Source of the DNA: Gracilinanus agilis
Lineage: Eukaryota
Direction: 5' to 3'
Length of the DNA: 64,000 bases
Assembly: GCF_016433145.1 (NCBI RefSeq)
Contig: NC_058130.1
Location: 493,838,617-493,902,616, forward strand
Below the pieces are notes generated by a model. The model was not told the origin of the DNA. It saw nothing but the letters and a program-made list of their open reading frames with translations, and ran no database searches. Every line of letters starts with the position of its first letter. The stretch's first letter is position 1. This document shows, piece by piece, positions 25,723 to 38,959 of this stretch. A program made the translations under genes and the position numbers.

Positions 25723-26759
25723 AAAACACCAGTATCAAAAAAGATGGCAGCAGGGAGCAGCTCAGGATCATTAAAGCAGTTAAGTTCTCAGGCGAGGTCT
25801 GGCCACATCACTTTACCTGTTTTTGTAAGTAGTCTATGTACAATTGGAATGATTTGTTCTTATGAAAGAGGCCTTTGGAGTATGTCCATATAGTATGAGG
25901 AGATGTCTCTGGTCATGCTCCAAAGGCCCCTTACATTTAAAATCTTGGAGAATTCTCTTGTGAATCTTGAGGTCCAGCAGCTTTTGGAAGGAAAGCTTTT
26001 CATGTCTGACTTTTCTTTCCAAGATATAGTTTGTCTCCTGTTTTGTTAATTTTGGTAAAGATGGTCATCCATTTCAGGAAAGCCCCAACCATGAGTCACT
26101 GCACTTCCTTCTCTTACGCCAACTCCTCCTCCTTCTCCATACCTCCAGATATTTACTAATTGTGGAACTTTAGGCAAATTACTTAACCTCCCTCAGCCTC
26201 ATCTATAAAAATAAGGATAATAATAGCAGCTACCTTCCAGTGAGGAGCAAATGAGATAATATAAGATAACATACTTTGTAAACTTTAATTCATTGTATAA
26301 AATTTTGTATAATTATTATATAATTATTATATAATATTACTATTAATTTGTACCATCTTATGAGTTACTAATGTTGCTATTATTTATTCCTATATTATTA
26401 ATAACTATTTCTTCTACCTCTTGCTCAACTATGTTTCCCTCCAATTCTGAAACTATCAGGCACGATCAAATCAACTTTTGCATTTTTCCTGGATGGAAGG
26501 TAGCAATCTACTGTTTGTTATGCCCCTGCTCACCATCCTCTTGGTAATATTCTGTATCTGGGCTCTCCTTCCTTCCTCTATTAGAATGTAAGCTCCTTGA
26601 GGACAGGAGCTCTCTTTATTTTTATATTCATATTCCCAGCACTTAGAACAATTAATATAATACACAGCAAAATAGTAAGCATTTAAAAAACATCTTTTCA
26701 TTCATTCCTTTTAGGTTCTCAAATTCAGTGTCATGGAGCTGTCTCCATATGTCATAATC

Positions 26760-27360
26760 TCTGATGGTATACTTATTATGAGACTTTCTTTCTTAATTCT
26801 AGTTTTGGTGTTTTCGATTTCCTTTCTCTACCATAGATTCTGACATATAACATCCATGTTGCTATTATTTTTGGTGTAATTTGTTTTTTATGATTTCCTC
26901 TTTCGTTCAGCAATTATTTAGTAGATCACTTGAATATTTCCATGAGGTCTTGAGTCTTTTATTTATTGCATCATTATTTATTGCAATTGATCAATATTTA
27001 ATATGAATAATAAACACATTTATTATTGCCGTTATTGTAGGGTCCTTGAGTTTCTATATGTGCCTGTCTTTGTGGTCTAGTATATTCTTTGCTTAATTAA
27101 GTTACTTACATATTTACAAATAAGGCCTAGTGTATTTAATGTTTTATTTAGTTCAGTCTTTTCGAAGCTATCTTTCCTGCAATTCTATGAGGAATGCATA
27201 TGATTTTTAAGGTTGATTTGCTCTCATTTGATACATACACCTTTATCATTATATATTTTCCTTGTTTGTTTTGATATTTCTTTTATGGTTTAAACTGAAC
27301 TTTGCCCTCTCTAGTTAGTGTTAGTTCTGGTTTCTTTGATTTGCAAGTGGCATAGTATAT
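26760..27360 (-). mobile_element. Old L1 ORF2 fragment
   Basis: The reverse strand is A-rich and resembles the decayed post-endonuclease region of ORF2. Confidence 0.5.
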
Positions 27361-27379
27361 TTTTAAAGGAAATGTGGTG

Positions 27380-27565
27380 GGGTTAGTTAGGTGGCACAGT
27401 GGATAGAAAATCAGGCCTAGAGTCAGGAGGACCTAGGTTCAAGTTGGGTCAGAGATACTTCCCCACTGTATGCCTCTGGGCAAGTCACTTAACCCCTTTT
27501 ACCTAGCCCTTGCCCTTCTGTCTTAGAGTTGTAATTAAGACAGAAAGTGAGGTTTAAAAAAAAAG
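27380..27565 (+). mobile_element. Mar1-type CORE SINE
   Basis: cctagcccttgcccttctgtcttagagttg tail. Confidence 0.8.
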
Positions 27566-27734
27566 GCAATGTGGTATAGTGATAACCATTAATATTAGAG
27601 CAAAGGCCTTTTTCTGAGTTCCTTCTATTAAGCCCTGTGGCCTTCTTGCTCTCCAACATCTCACTATCCCTGAAGCCTCCTGCCTCATTGGTTAATTCCT
27701 CCTAGAATCTCCATTTTAGGGAAGGGATCCAAGC

Positions 27735-28746
27735 AGGGATATGCTGGTATATATCTAAAAATCAACTCTCCAGGAAAAAAAAAGTACACACAACACACAT
27801 TAAAATTTAATCTGTATTATTGTCATTTCCTCCATTACTTTTTAAAAAATAATTTTATTTTAAGATATTTTTCCATGTTTACATGATTCATTTGCTTTCT
27901 CCTCTTCTCTCCCCTCTCCCCGAACTGATGAGCAATTCCACTGGGTTGTACAAATGTTATTGCTTGATACCTATTTCCATATTCTTCATTTTTGCCAGAG
28001 TGATTTTTTTAAAAGCCTAAACCCCAATCACATACCCATATATACATGTGATAAGTGATGTCATATGTTCTGCTTTTGCATTTCTACTCCCATAGTTCTT
28101 TCTCTCAATGTGGTTAGCATTCTTTCCCATAAGTCCTTCAGGAGTGTCCTGGCTTGTTGCATTGCTTCTAGTAGCAAAGTCCATTGCATTGGATTGTTCC
28201 ACAGTGTTTTACTTTTTGTGTACAGTGTTCTCCTGGTTCTGGTCCTTTCACTCTGCATCACTTCCTGGAGGTTGTTCCAGTTCACATGGAATTCCTCCAG
28301 TTGATTATTCCTTTTAGCACAATAGTATTCCATCACCAACAGATACCACAATTTATTGAGCCATTCTCTAGTTGATGGATACCCCCTTATTTTCCAGTTT
28401 TTTGCCACCATAAAGAGTGTAGCTATGAATATTTTTGTACACATACTTCCCCTTATTATCTCTTTGGGGTACAAACCCAGCAGTGGTATGGCTGGGTCAA
28501 AGGGCAGGCAGTCTTTTAAAGCCCTTTGGGCATAATTCCAAATTACTTTGTAGAATAGCTGGATTAATTCACAACTCCACCAGCAATCCTCCATTACTTT
28601 TTTTTTTTAAGTCTAGATGAGCAAGAAAACTATAAATGAAGCTAGTAATTTATAGCATTTGCTGATTTCTGAAGTATAAATAATCACATGTAATTTTAAC
28701 AATCTGATCTCAAGAGTCAGTACTACTTGGAGCCAACACACCCTTG
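27735..28746. mobile_element. MER63-like hAT element split by an L1 insertion
   Basis: Ends gggatatgctggta... and ...ggagccaacacaccc. The two halves rejoin at the L1 TSD TCCTCCATTACTTTTT. Family recognised from memory. Confidence 0.65.
27844..28586 (-). mobile_element. 5'-truncated L1
   Basis: ORF 28061-28594 encodes the L1 ORF2 C-terminus. 16-bp TSD TCCTCCATTACTTTTT at 27828-27843 and 28587-28602. Confidence 0.94.
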
Positions 28747-29769
28747 GATCCTAGGCAGCCATTTTCATGTCTCTCTTGGCTTTGCATCTGATTCTCTAGA
28801 CTTCACTATTTTATATGCCCAGGTACTTCCCTGTTCCACTTGCCCCTTTCTACTCCCATTTATGTGTTGTGTTCTTTTCCCTAAAAGCAGCACATTGCTG
28901 AATTCCATTTTTAAAGCCATTTTGTAATTTTTGTTTTTCTGGAGAGATTAGCTTTTATAAATTTAACATTATATATATGTTTACTTTTCTTTGGTTGCTG
29001 TCTTGGAAGAGAATATACATTTAATATTATTAGTAGTAATAAATCAAATTTAAAAGAACTACTCATACAAATTTCTTCTCTCTTATATTAATAACAATGT
29101 AGATGACTTAAACATTTTTAAATTGTATATCTTTAGTTTTCACATTACCTTCACTTCCAAATATATTCTGCCCTTTACCCTACCTATAGAGACATCCCTT
29201 GGAATAGAGGAAGAAAAAGGTTCCACAAATTTATTCACCACATTAAGGGATTCTGACAGTATAAGCAATGTTCTGTACCTATATTCATCCTCCAATGGAA
29301 GAGAGAGGTGCATTTTCTATCCCTTTTTAGTGGCCAAACTTGGTCATTATTGCTACTATGTAGGTTACTTCAACTTGGACTTCCCCTTTTATCAGAAAGA
29401 TCTCCCTCCTTCCTTCCTTTTTCCCAGTGGGGGTTTTCCCCTCTGTTTCTCTGAAATACACTTATGAAACCCTTAATGACTTTACCCAGTACTCTGAGCG
29501 CTCCCATTATGTTAGCGATTGTATTGTCTTCATTGAAAAATACTTATCTTTTTGTCTGAGAGGCTTGTTTATTTTTCAAAGACTTCCTTGAAGTATCTAG
29601 GTTCGCTATAAACTTTCTAGAGGCTTAGCTTAATTCCTGGCATATAGTATACACTCATTAAATGCTTGCTGACTTCAAAAATCTATCTCCCATCTTCAAA
29701 AAGAGCCCCACCCAGGTTTTTCCTATGATCTTTCCTTGACTTTTTAAGAAAAGCTGCTGTGATCCTAAT

Positions 29770-30330
29770 TATTGTCGTTCATCCTTCTTTTTTGAAGAAG
29801 ATTAATTATATCATAAGATGATGGTTTGACTTGCACATGAATTAGATTCAAATGAAACTGGATCACACAAAGTTTTTAGCCTCCGTCTCTCTTACAGAGT
29901 CATTGAAGTTCAGTGGCAAGACAAAAGTTAGGACATCTGGCTATGGTTTGGGATGCAGTGGATGACCTTGATGTCTTTGCAGGGCATATGGAGCATTCTG
30001 AAAGGACTAGCACCTCTGGTGTCAGGACTTGCAGAGCCATTTTCAGGGTTATACATTCACCTTTTGTGTCCACCTTTCACTCAACTCTTATATGTGGTTC
30101 CAAGAAGCTGTAGCCTGCACAGTGGCCACATTCTGATAAAAACCATCTCTGCAGGCAGGCTAAACAAAGTTGTGAGTGACTATCAGCTCTCAAACCCATC
30201 AGTGAGTTAGGGGGACGTCTACCCCAAACATGCGAAGATTTCATCTGGTAGAATAAGTGGATGAGAACTATTTGTTCCAGTGGGTTATGAAAGCAGCTAA
30301 AACAGGCCTTGTGGCACACCTAAAGCTTGG
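29770..30330 (+). mobile_element. Marsupial RTE-related SINE (WALLSI4/RTESINE-like)
   Basis: Diagnostic gaagttcagtggcaagacaaaagt...gatgcagtggatgaccttg. A second copy lies at 35660-36000. Confidence 0.6.
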
Positions 30331-30800
30331 CCAGATCCTAATTGTATTTCTTTTCTAAATGACTTCACTTCTCAATGCTTATCATATTTTTCTTTATTTG
30401 GTAGCTTTAAAGTTTAACTATGGTTTCTTTAATCATGAAATTTTCCTTATGAGTTTCATGTTTCTATTTCTATTTTGTCATGTTTTGTTTATATTTTGTT
30501 TCTATTCTATGTGTGTTTTTATTTTTTGCCAATTATAGGAAATTTGATTTGATTTCTTAAAATAAAGTGTTGAGATTCTCTTGTTCTTCCAAGTTTTTGG
30601 TGACATCAGTAATCTCAAAGTTCTTGCATCTTGATTCATTCTCTCAGTTTATCACTTGGATCTGGGTGTTTTCCAGTTGTTTGGATAATTCAGCTTTTAT
30701 TTCCAGTTAGTTTACATTGTATTCAATTATGATTTCCTTTGTAGTGAGTCCGTTTGTTGCTTCTATGGGTTTTTTAATTTGTTTGTTTTAGGTTGTATTT
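30330..30800 (-). mobile_element. Old L1 ORF1 fragment
   Basis: The reverse strand resembles the DLENRSRRNNLRIIG region of ORF1, decayed. Confidence 0.5.
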
Positions 30801-31834
30801 TCCATAATCATCCTTTACCTGCTAGTGTCTTGCTGAAGGGATGATGGATTGCTGTTTCACCTCTTTTCCCTTCAATTCTCCAGAGGTGCTAATAAGCAGG
30901 GGAATGACCAAAAGGTCCACAGAAGGGGGCAGAGGAGGAGGACACGACGCCTGCAGCTGGGCAATAAGTAGAGAGCTTCTTCTCCATCTTGATTAATCCA
31001 TTCCTTGATTTACTGTTTCCCAATTCAAAGATGAGTATTTCTCAGAGCTACAGCACATGGAAGAAGGACTGAATTTGGAACCAGAGCTTGGGTGAGAATC
31101 CAGGCTTGAGATTTACTGCTTGTGTCAAATCCCCTTATCTGTAAAATGAAGGCGTTGGACTAAATGATGTCTGAAGTCCCTTAGCATTCAGTGTTGGCAG
31201 AAATAGAAAACATGCTAGAGTAATGTCACAGATATTTTTTTTTCAGAAAGAAAGCTATTAGGCTAAAATCTACTGGTTTTTTTTTTTCCAAATCCAATTT
31301 CGTTTTATTTTCAGTTCATATTCTCTTCTTCCCATTTCTTCTCCTTGCTCCCAACTGAGAAAGCAAGGAAAACAAAAACTCTTTTATAAACATGTTTAGT
31401 TAAGCAAAACAAATTCCCACATTGACCATGTCCATCCAGATCACTAGCTAGATATGTGTATATATAAATGCCTCAATCTGCACTGAGTCCATTACATCTC
31501 TCTCTTGAAGTGGATAACATATTCATTGAGAGTCCTCTGGGATTGGGTTTGGTTTTTGTTTTGACAGTTTTTAAGGCTTTCAAAGTTGTTTGACTTTACA
31601 ATATTGTTGTTAGAATATAAATTGTTCTTCTGGTTCTCCTCACTTCAATTTGTATCACTTCATGCAAGTCTTCTTGGATTTCTCTGAAACCATCATCATC
31701 TGCATTTTTTTTCAGTATAATTGTTTTCCATCACATTCATATATCATAATTCATATCGCCATTTCCTAACTGATAAGCACTCTCTCCATTTCCAATTCTT
31801 TGTCACCACAAAAAGAACTGCTATGGTAGGGGAG

Positions 31835-32001
31835 GGGAAGCTAGGTGGCTCAGTAGATTGAGAACCAGGCCTGGAGATGGGAAGTGGTGGGTTCAAATCT
31901 GGACTAAGACCCTTCCTAGCTGTGTGACCCTGGGAAAATCACTTAACCCCCATTGCCTAGCCCATACCACTCTTCTATCTTGGAACCAATACACTGTATT
32001 G
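31835..32001 (+). mobile_element. SINE1_Mdo-type SINE cut by an assembly gap
   Basis: Family match up to the start of the N run. Confidence 0.85.
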
Positions 32002-32157
32002 NNNNNNNNNNNNNNNNNNNNNNNNNNNNNNNNNNNNNNNNNNNNNNNNNNNNNNNNNNNNNNNNNNNNNNNNNNNNNNNNNNNNNNNNNNNNNNNNNNN
32101 NNNNNNNNNNNNNNNNNNNNNNNNNNNNNNNNNNNNNNNNNNNNNNNNNNNNNNNNN
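32002..32157. other. Assembly gap (156 N)
   Basis: N run. Confidence 1.
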
Positions 32158-32339
32158 TTTGGTATATGTAGGTCCTCTTTCTGTGTCTTTTTTTTGTTGT
32201 TGTTGTTCCCTTTATGATATAGAATAGTGGCATTACTAAGTCAATTTTGTTGTTTTGTTTTTTTTAAGTATGCTTCAAATCTGTCTGTGGATAACTTATT
32301 TAGGCAAATATTTCCAGGTTGGGTATCTAAGTATGGCGG

Positions 32340-32398
32340 AAGGAAGGAAGGAAGGAAGGAAGGAAGGAAGGAAGGAAGGAAGGAAGGAAGGAAGGAAG
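32340..32398. repeat. (GGAA)n microsatellite
   Basis: Direct reading. Confidence 0.97.
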
Positions 32399-32989
32399 GT
32401 AGTATTATAAAGCCAGAAGCTGTGCTAAGCACTTCATAAATATTATCTCATTTAATACTCACAATAACCCTGGGAGAGGTACTATTATTCTCCTCATTTT
32501 TACAATTGAGGAAAATGAGGCAGACAAAGGCTAAATGACTTACCCAGGGTCATATAACTAGTAAGTGTCTGAGGCTAGATTTGAACTTGGGGTTTTATGA
32601 CTCTAGTCCCTGGGCTCTATCTACTGCACTACCTAGTGAAATGAATTGTATCATTTATCCCTTTACCTAAGGAGATATCGGCAAACCAGTGAATTTCCCA
32701 TGTCCTTTATCAAGGGCAAGAATATATCCTTTTATGAAGCGAGCACCTACTGGCCATGGAAAATGTGGCTTTTACTGATCGATAACCACTGAATGCAACT
32801 TCTTCATTGTATTGTCCTACTTGATGAGAGAGAGCGAATCAAACAAGATGAGCAGACATGGATACTATTTCATTATCTTTATCTCCCCTCCCCCAAATGC
32901 ACAACTCTTCCAAATTTCCCTCTTCCTGTTGAAGGTCTTACCAATCTTCCCAGCTGCTATTTGCAGTCTTGTTATTTATTTTCTTTGAC

Positions 32990-33300
32990 TTTTCTCTCTT
33001 TTTTATTTCACATATCTAATCAGTTGACAAATCTTATTTCCATCTCCAAAACATTCCAGGCATCAGACCCCTTCTCTTTACTCACACATCCACCATCTTA
33101 GTTAAGGCACTCCACATCTGTACTCTGGAGTCTTGCAATGGCCTCCTGATTGGTCTCCCTGCTACAAGTCTCTTCCAACTCCAAACCATCCTTGATACAT
33201 TTGCCAAAGTGATTTTCCTAAAGTCTTGATTTGACCATGTCTCTCCGATACTACTCAATAAACTTTAGTGGCTCCCTGTTGATTTTGGTATCAAATATTA
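32990..33300 (+). mobile_element. L2 3' region
   Basis: gcaatggcctcctgattggtctccctgc...gccaaagtgattttcctaaag. Confidence 0.75.
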
Positions 33301-34136
33301 TTTCATCCTTGTATAATCATTTAAAAATTTCTACTTTATAATTTACATAATTATTAATATAGTAATTATAAATTATAAATAAGTACAATGGTGTATGTGC
33401 TTAAAATTTTTTTCTAACAATAAGGATTTGTAATATAAATTAGTTTGGAACCACTGTACTAGCTTACACAGAGAAGTATGACATGAGGCAGAGACTGGGG
33501 CAAAAGAGACATTCACACAAAGTGCTCTAGAAAAATTTGAGTTGGTAGAGATCACTTTCAGTTAGAAAGGTAGCATAGGATCTCATAATCTCAAAGAAGG
33601 ACTGACCTCAGAGGCCATCTAGTTCAATCTTCACCTGAACAAAAATAAATCCTGAGTGTTCACCCAGCTTTTGATTGAAGACTTTCAATGATGGGGAGTG
33701 AATGCCTCTAATTTTTGAGGTCACATTTCTTTACAGCTCAGGTAGTGAGGAAGTTTTTCCTTTCATCAAGCTAAATTTACTTTTTTTTCTTTTCAATTTT
33801 TTTCTCTATGTGAATGACTCCTAGATTTAAGCACACATCCCATTACTTTACCCTGAGCTCCGGATGGCATTTGAAGCACTTATTATTCTTCAGACACTGT
33901 GCTAAGGTCTGGGGATACAAATGCAAGCAAGAACTCCAATTAGATCTAGAAAATGAACCACACTGTATCCTGATAGGGAAATACAATTTGATACAACAAA
34001 CATTTATTAATCATATCTTATGTGCTAGGCACTGTGCTGAACACTGGGGATACAAATCAGAAAAAGAAAGACAGTCCTTGACCTTAAGGAGCTCACAATC
34101 TAATGGGGGGAAACAATACACAAAATGATACTAAAA

Positions 34137-34138
<2 letters not shown>

Positions 34139-34189
<51 letters not shown>

Positions 34190-34202
34190 TGTGTGTGTGT
34201 GT
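34139..34202. repeat. (TG)n microsatellite
   Basis: Direct reading. Confidence 0.97.
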
Positions 34203-34639
34203 GGTGTGCACTCTCCCACCTCCATCCCCACTCCAACCCTGACCCCAAAGAATTCCTTCCTGAGGAGCATGATGATGTTGTGGAATTGAAACCAAGTAAA
34301 ACAGCTGATGGAAAAGGAAGAGATGGTTGGGATTTCAATCCCTTTAAAAAAGAAGGCTATGGGAGATGTTTTTTGCTCTGCTTTCCAGCCCTCCAATCAG
34401 AGGGGCAAAAAGCAAGGAGGGTACTGATGAAATGTGAGTACCAACATTGAAGCAAGCTCTATGATGATGAATTTCCAGGTAATGGGCTTATGGGAGGGGG
34501 AGAAGGGACATGATGATGCTGGTGGTAGTAGAATCAAAACAAGGCAGAGCAGCTGGTGGCAAATGAAGTTCAAGACAAAATCACAATGTGTCATTTTTCC
34601 AGCTTAAACTAGCATAGGGAGACAGATAGGGAGTTTTCA

Positions 34640-36280
34640 GGTCGTGGAATAAATACTGCAAGCAACCAGAAAGAAAGATCTCAAATACTAAAGGAGTCAT
34701 AATCAGGACCACATATGATTTGGCAGCTGCCACTATAAAGGAGCAGAGAACCTAGATTCAGTATTACAGAAGTAACAGGATTTAGGATTCAGCCAAGAAT
34801 GAATTACCCAGAAAAATTGAGTATAATGCTACAGAAGGGGAAAATAGATCATTAATGAAATAGAGGAATTCCAAGCCCTCCTAATGAAAAGACCAGAGTT
34901 ACATAGAAACTTTGAAATTCAAACACAGGAGTTGAAAGGTAAACATGAATAAGCAATCATAAGGGACTAAATAAGGAAACCCACTTACCTTCAAATACAT
35001 GTGTCTTCTCTGAGCCCTGTTGTTATCAGGGGGCACAAAGGGAGTCTAATTTGATGATATTTGGGAGTGGATTTGTTATGTTTTGATCATCTTAAGAGAA
35101 GAGGCAAAGGGAAGAGGAATATATTAGGTAGGGTGAACAGAAAGGAAAGGAAGGTTATGGGGGAATTATATCACCAATCTAGGTGTTCATGAAATCAGGA
35201 GGTGTAGGGGAGGAGCAGCTGACATATGAAACACTCTCATTGGAACTGGTCAAAGAAGGGAAGAACATACCCTCCCAGTTGGGCATAGAATTATGTTTCA
35301 CTCAGTAGAGAAATAGGAGAACAAGGGAAAAAGGAGAATTAGAGGAGGGCAGATTAAGGAAGGAATTAGTCCTAACCAAACTCTACCTAAAGATGTACAA
35401 AAATATTTATAGCTCATTTTGAGGTCACAAGGAATGGGAGTCTGGGGGAGAGTGCCCATAAATTGGAAAAGAGCTGAACAAGTTAGAGTATATACATATG
35501 ATGAAGTGTTATTATGCTATAAGAAATGAAATGTTTGGTTTCAGAGAAACTTGGGCAGTCTTGTATGAACTGATACTGAGGGATGTGAATGAAATCAAAG
35601 CAAAATTGAACCAACAATTGCCTGGTTATTATCTTTTGTAATGAAGAGAACCAAAATGACATCACTGATAATATCTTTTGACTCACACATAAATTGGATT
35701 TAAGTGAGGCAGAGCTGATCAGAGTAATTAGCTTTACTTTTCTTCCAGAATTCTTGAAGTTCAGTGGCAAGACAAAAGTCAAGATGACTGGGGATGACTT
35801 GTGATGCAGTAGATAAGCTTGGCTTTTTTGATGTCTATGTAAGCACCAAGTGCTCCACAGAACCTACTTTAACTACCTTCATGGCAGTTAGAACAAATTG
35901 TTCTCATTCACTCCTTTTGCTGGAGAAAGTCTTCATATGCTTGGGGTAGACACCCCCTTAACTCACTTAACTCACAGGTTTGAGGCCTGCCAGTTACCCT
36001 CAAGGTTTGAGGGTAATGACAACAATATAGAGAAGACAAACAATGTTGAAAGAATTAAGGACTCAGATCAATCTAATATCCAACCACACATGTAGACGAC
36101 TTATGATGAAACATGCTACCCACCTCCTGATAGAGAGGCAAAAGAATCATAGTGCAGAATGAGATATGTTTTTTGGAAATTGCCAATGCAGATATGTTTT
36201 TTTGATGCATTATATATATTTGTAACAAGGGTTTGCTTTTCTTTCATTCTCAACTGGGAGAGAGGAGATTGAGTAAAGAA
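34640..36280 (+). mobile_element. HAL1-like (half-L1) element: ORF1 remnant joined to the ORF2 extreme C-terminus and 3' UTR
   Basis: Decayed ORF1 peptides IRTTYDLAAATIKEQR, QPRMNYPEKLSI and EIEEFQALLMKRPELHRNF (34699-34935), then ORF2-tail-like sequence at ~35395-35600. Interrupted by a SINE at 35660-36000. Confidence 0.65.
35660..36000 (+). mobile_element. Marsupial RTE-related SINE (same family as 29770-30330)
   Basis: ttggatttaagtgaggcagagctg...gaagttcagtggcaagacaaaagtcaagatgac. Confidence 0.6.

Positions 36281-36284
<4 letters not shown>

Positions 36285-36334
<50 letters not shown>
36285..36334. repeat. (TG)n microsatellite
   Basis: Direct reading. Confidence 0.97.
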
Positions 36335-36337
<3 letters not shown>

Positions 36338-37778
36338 AAAAAACCGGAATACTAGTAAACAAGGCAGTTCTTACCCTCAAGGAAGTTACATTGTAATGGG
36401 GGAAGACAACACATAGAGAGGAGCTGGAACAGTGTCATGGTAAGGAAGGGCTGGGAAGTGGCTTTTTAATTAGTCTTTGCCCAATCCATTCTGTCCTTTA
36501 CATAATAACAAAGCACCAGTTGGATCAATTCACCTTCTTTAAAATCCAATGACTCCTTGTTACCTGTTGGACCAAGTAAACAGTCTTTTGCTAAACTTTT
36601 AAATTTTTTACACCCTGCTTCCTCCTCAGTGTGTTGTCTTTCCCATTGAAACTTGAACTTACTGAGAACTTACATACACTTTGTTTTTCTTTTTTATTAG
36701 TGCCTAACATAGGGCCTGGAATATAGTAGGCACTTAATAAATGCTTTTTCATTCATTCATTCATTTGGAGCAATTTATGCAATAACAATATTACAAAGAT
36801 AATTTTGAAAGTCTTAAGAATTCCAATCATTGGAGCAAGGATTCTTAATCTCATATCCTTTGGTAGGTTTGAGCAGATCTATGGAGCAGAAATTATAGTT
36901 GTTTTTTATTTTATCAATAAAAATTATTTATTTTATTAAAAAAAAATTCAGTCATGACCAATGACCAAATAACCAATGACCAAACATAATTCTAAAGGAC
37001 TCATGATGAAACATACTTCCCACTTCTTGATCGAGACATAATAGATTCATAATGCAGACTGAAACATGTTTTATTTGAATGTGACCAATGTGGAAATTTG
37101 TTGCTTGACTATACATGTTTATGATAGGAATTTTGCTTTTCTTGCTTTCTTAATGCAAGATAGGAGAAGTGAGAGGAGGATTTTTGTTTTTAAAAAGTTA
37201 GTTTTAAAAAAGGTAAAAGAGGGAGAAATGTCAATCTTTTCTTTCCTGGATCCTGAAAACTATGGTTTCCAAAATTAAAAAACTTAGATATAGAATCTGT
37301 CCAGGAGGTTTCTCACAAAAACCAACCCATTTTCCCCCCAAGATGAAGGCCCCACATGTAGTCCATGTAAACTCTGAGGTATCTTTATCCCAACTCCCAA
37401 ATTTAAAGAGAAGTCAGGTATTCTGATCTAAGTTGACTATCTTTCCATCATGGTTTTATCTGTACTCCTGAGAAGTCAGGGATGATTACCTAATGCCATT
37501 GGCTCAAGTTCCCATTGGTGTGCTTCCTTTCAAGATTGCCAGTCAAGAATCTATTTAGTTTTCAAGCCTTAAGAAACTTTTAGAAAAAGGTATTTTCTAA
37601 GGCCATATAAGAACAAGTGGTAAAACATCTTTCCCTGTCCCCCCAACATTTGTGAGATACTTTCCATCAAGTACATATAGAGACCAGAGGGAAATGGGCT
37701 TAAGCTAAGAAAGTACATGAATCCAGGGGGAAAATCACAGTTGCTGGTTGCTGGAAGTCCTTTTCCCCCTTTGGGTAT

Positions 37779-38373
37779 GTAATGGGGAAAATAGGAAACT
37801 TAAAATAAGGTAGAATAGATGATAGCTTGAAGAAATCTTGGGCTTCATGGACATTCCATAATGGAATGAAGCCATGATTTGAAAAGAGAGAGTGTTTTGG
37901 GGCAAGCTGAAGGAAAGAGGTCTTGGCTGTGTGGTCCAGCTTTGCCAAGTATCCAAGGAGCTGACAGAATGGGATTTCACTGGGAAGAAGATACCTTCAA
38001 TCAACTATCATGGCTTAGGTAGAGGGAAGGTCTTGATTATCTGCTGGTGGACAGCAGATTTATCTACCTTACTCCCTAGAGTGTTTGTGGATTAACTGGC
38101 TGTGTATAGGACTTGTTCCTGGTTCCTGTGACATCTGTGACATTTGGGAGCACCGTGGACTAGTGTAGTGAGAATCCTACCTCTCCAGCCCTCTCTTATT
38201 CTAGTTAGAGATTTAGTTTAGTTTAGACCTTAGTTTAGTTAAGTTGTTTGGGCTATTCCATAGTGTAGCAAACCCTTCTCTTCCACTTCCCTTATTTATA
38301 TCAATAAACCCAGTTTATTTGTACTTCCTGACTCTTCTAAGCCATAAAGAACCCACATCTTGAAGTTACCTAC
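37779..38373 (+). mobile_element. Probable solo LTR
   Basis: TGTAATGGGG start, AATAAA at 38303-38308, ...CCTACA end. No TSD resolved. Confidence 0.45.
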
Positions 38374-38959
38374 ATCGCTGGTTTTCCTTGGCTGATAGAT
38401 TGTCAGTTAAGTGACCAACTGTCATTCCCCAAACCTCACATCCCTATTTGGTTTCCCTGTGTTTACCTGTCAGTCCTTCCCTTTGTGAGGTGTGGGAGTG
38501 TCTCCAGTTTGTCTGGAACCCAGTTATTCCCCTATTCCCAGTATTTTCTTTTTCAGGTACCCAAGAAGTTCCTCCATAAGCAGAGTATATTCTCTTTACT
38601 TAACTTCATTGCAGAACTATGAATCTAATGTATTCTTGGCTCTTGATGCAAACACCAAATTGAGGTGATCTCAGGATGCTATTTAGGATACCAGTGGATA
38701 CCAACTGCTGGCTGCTCATTGTCCAAGGGTAGTATTAGGACACTAATGGGAAAAAAGGAAAGCCCAGTATTCTCTGGACACTTCAAAGCTGGCAAATTGA
38801 TCAAAAGGTGGTGGTGTTAGAGAGAGGGCAGAGCCCTAGCTAAGGCATAAATTGAGGCCAAGACCTCTCTTTCCTTAGGTGGTTCCTTCTCAGGAGCATC
38901 CTAGAAAACCACCGGCTCTAATTTTTGGAATCCCATCACTTCTTGACTCCTTGGATGAT

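Noticed and set aside
36955-36985. Short tandem motif (AATGACCA-like) repeated about four times
   Set aside because: A tiny degenerate tandem repeat inside an old LINE tail. It has no spacers, so it is not a CRISPR-like array.
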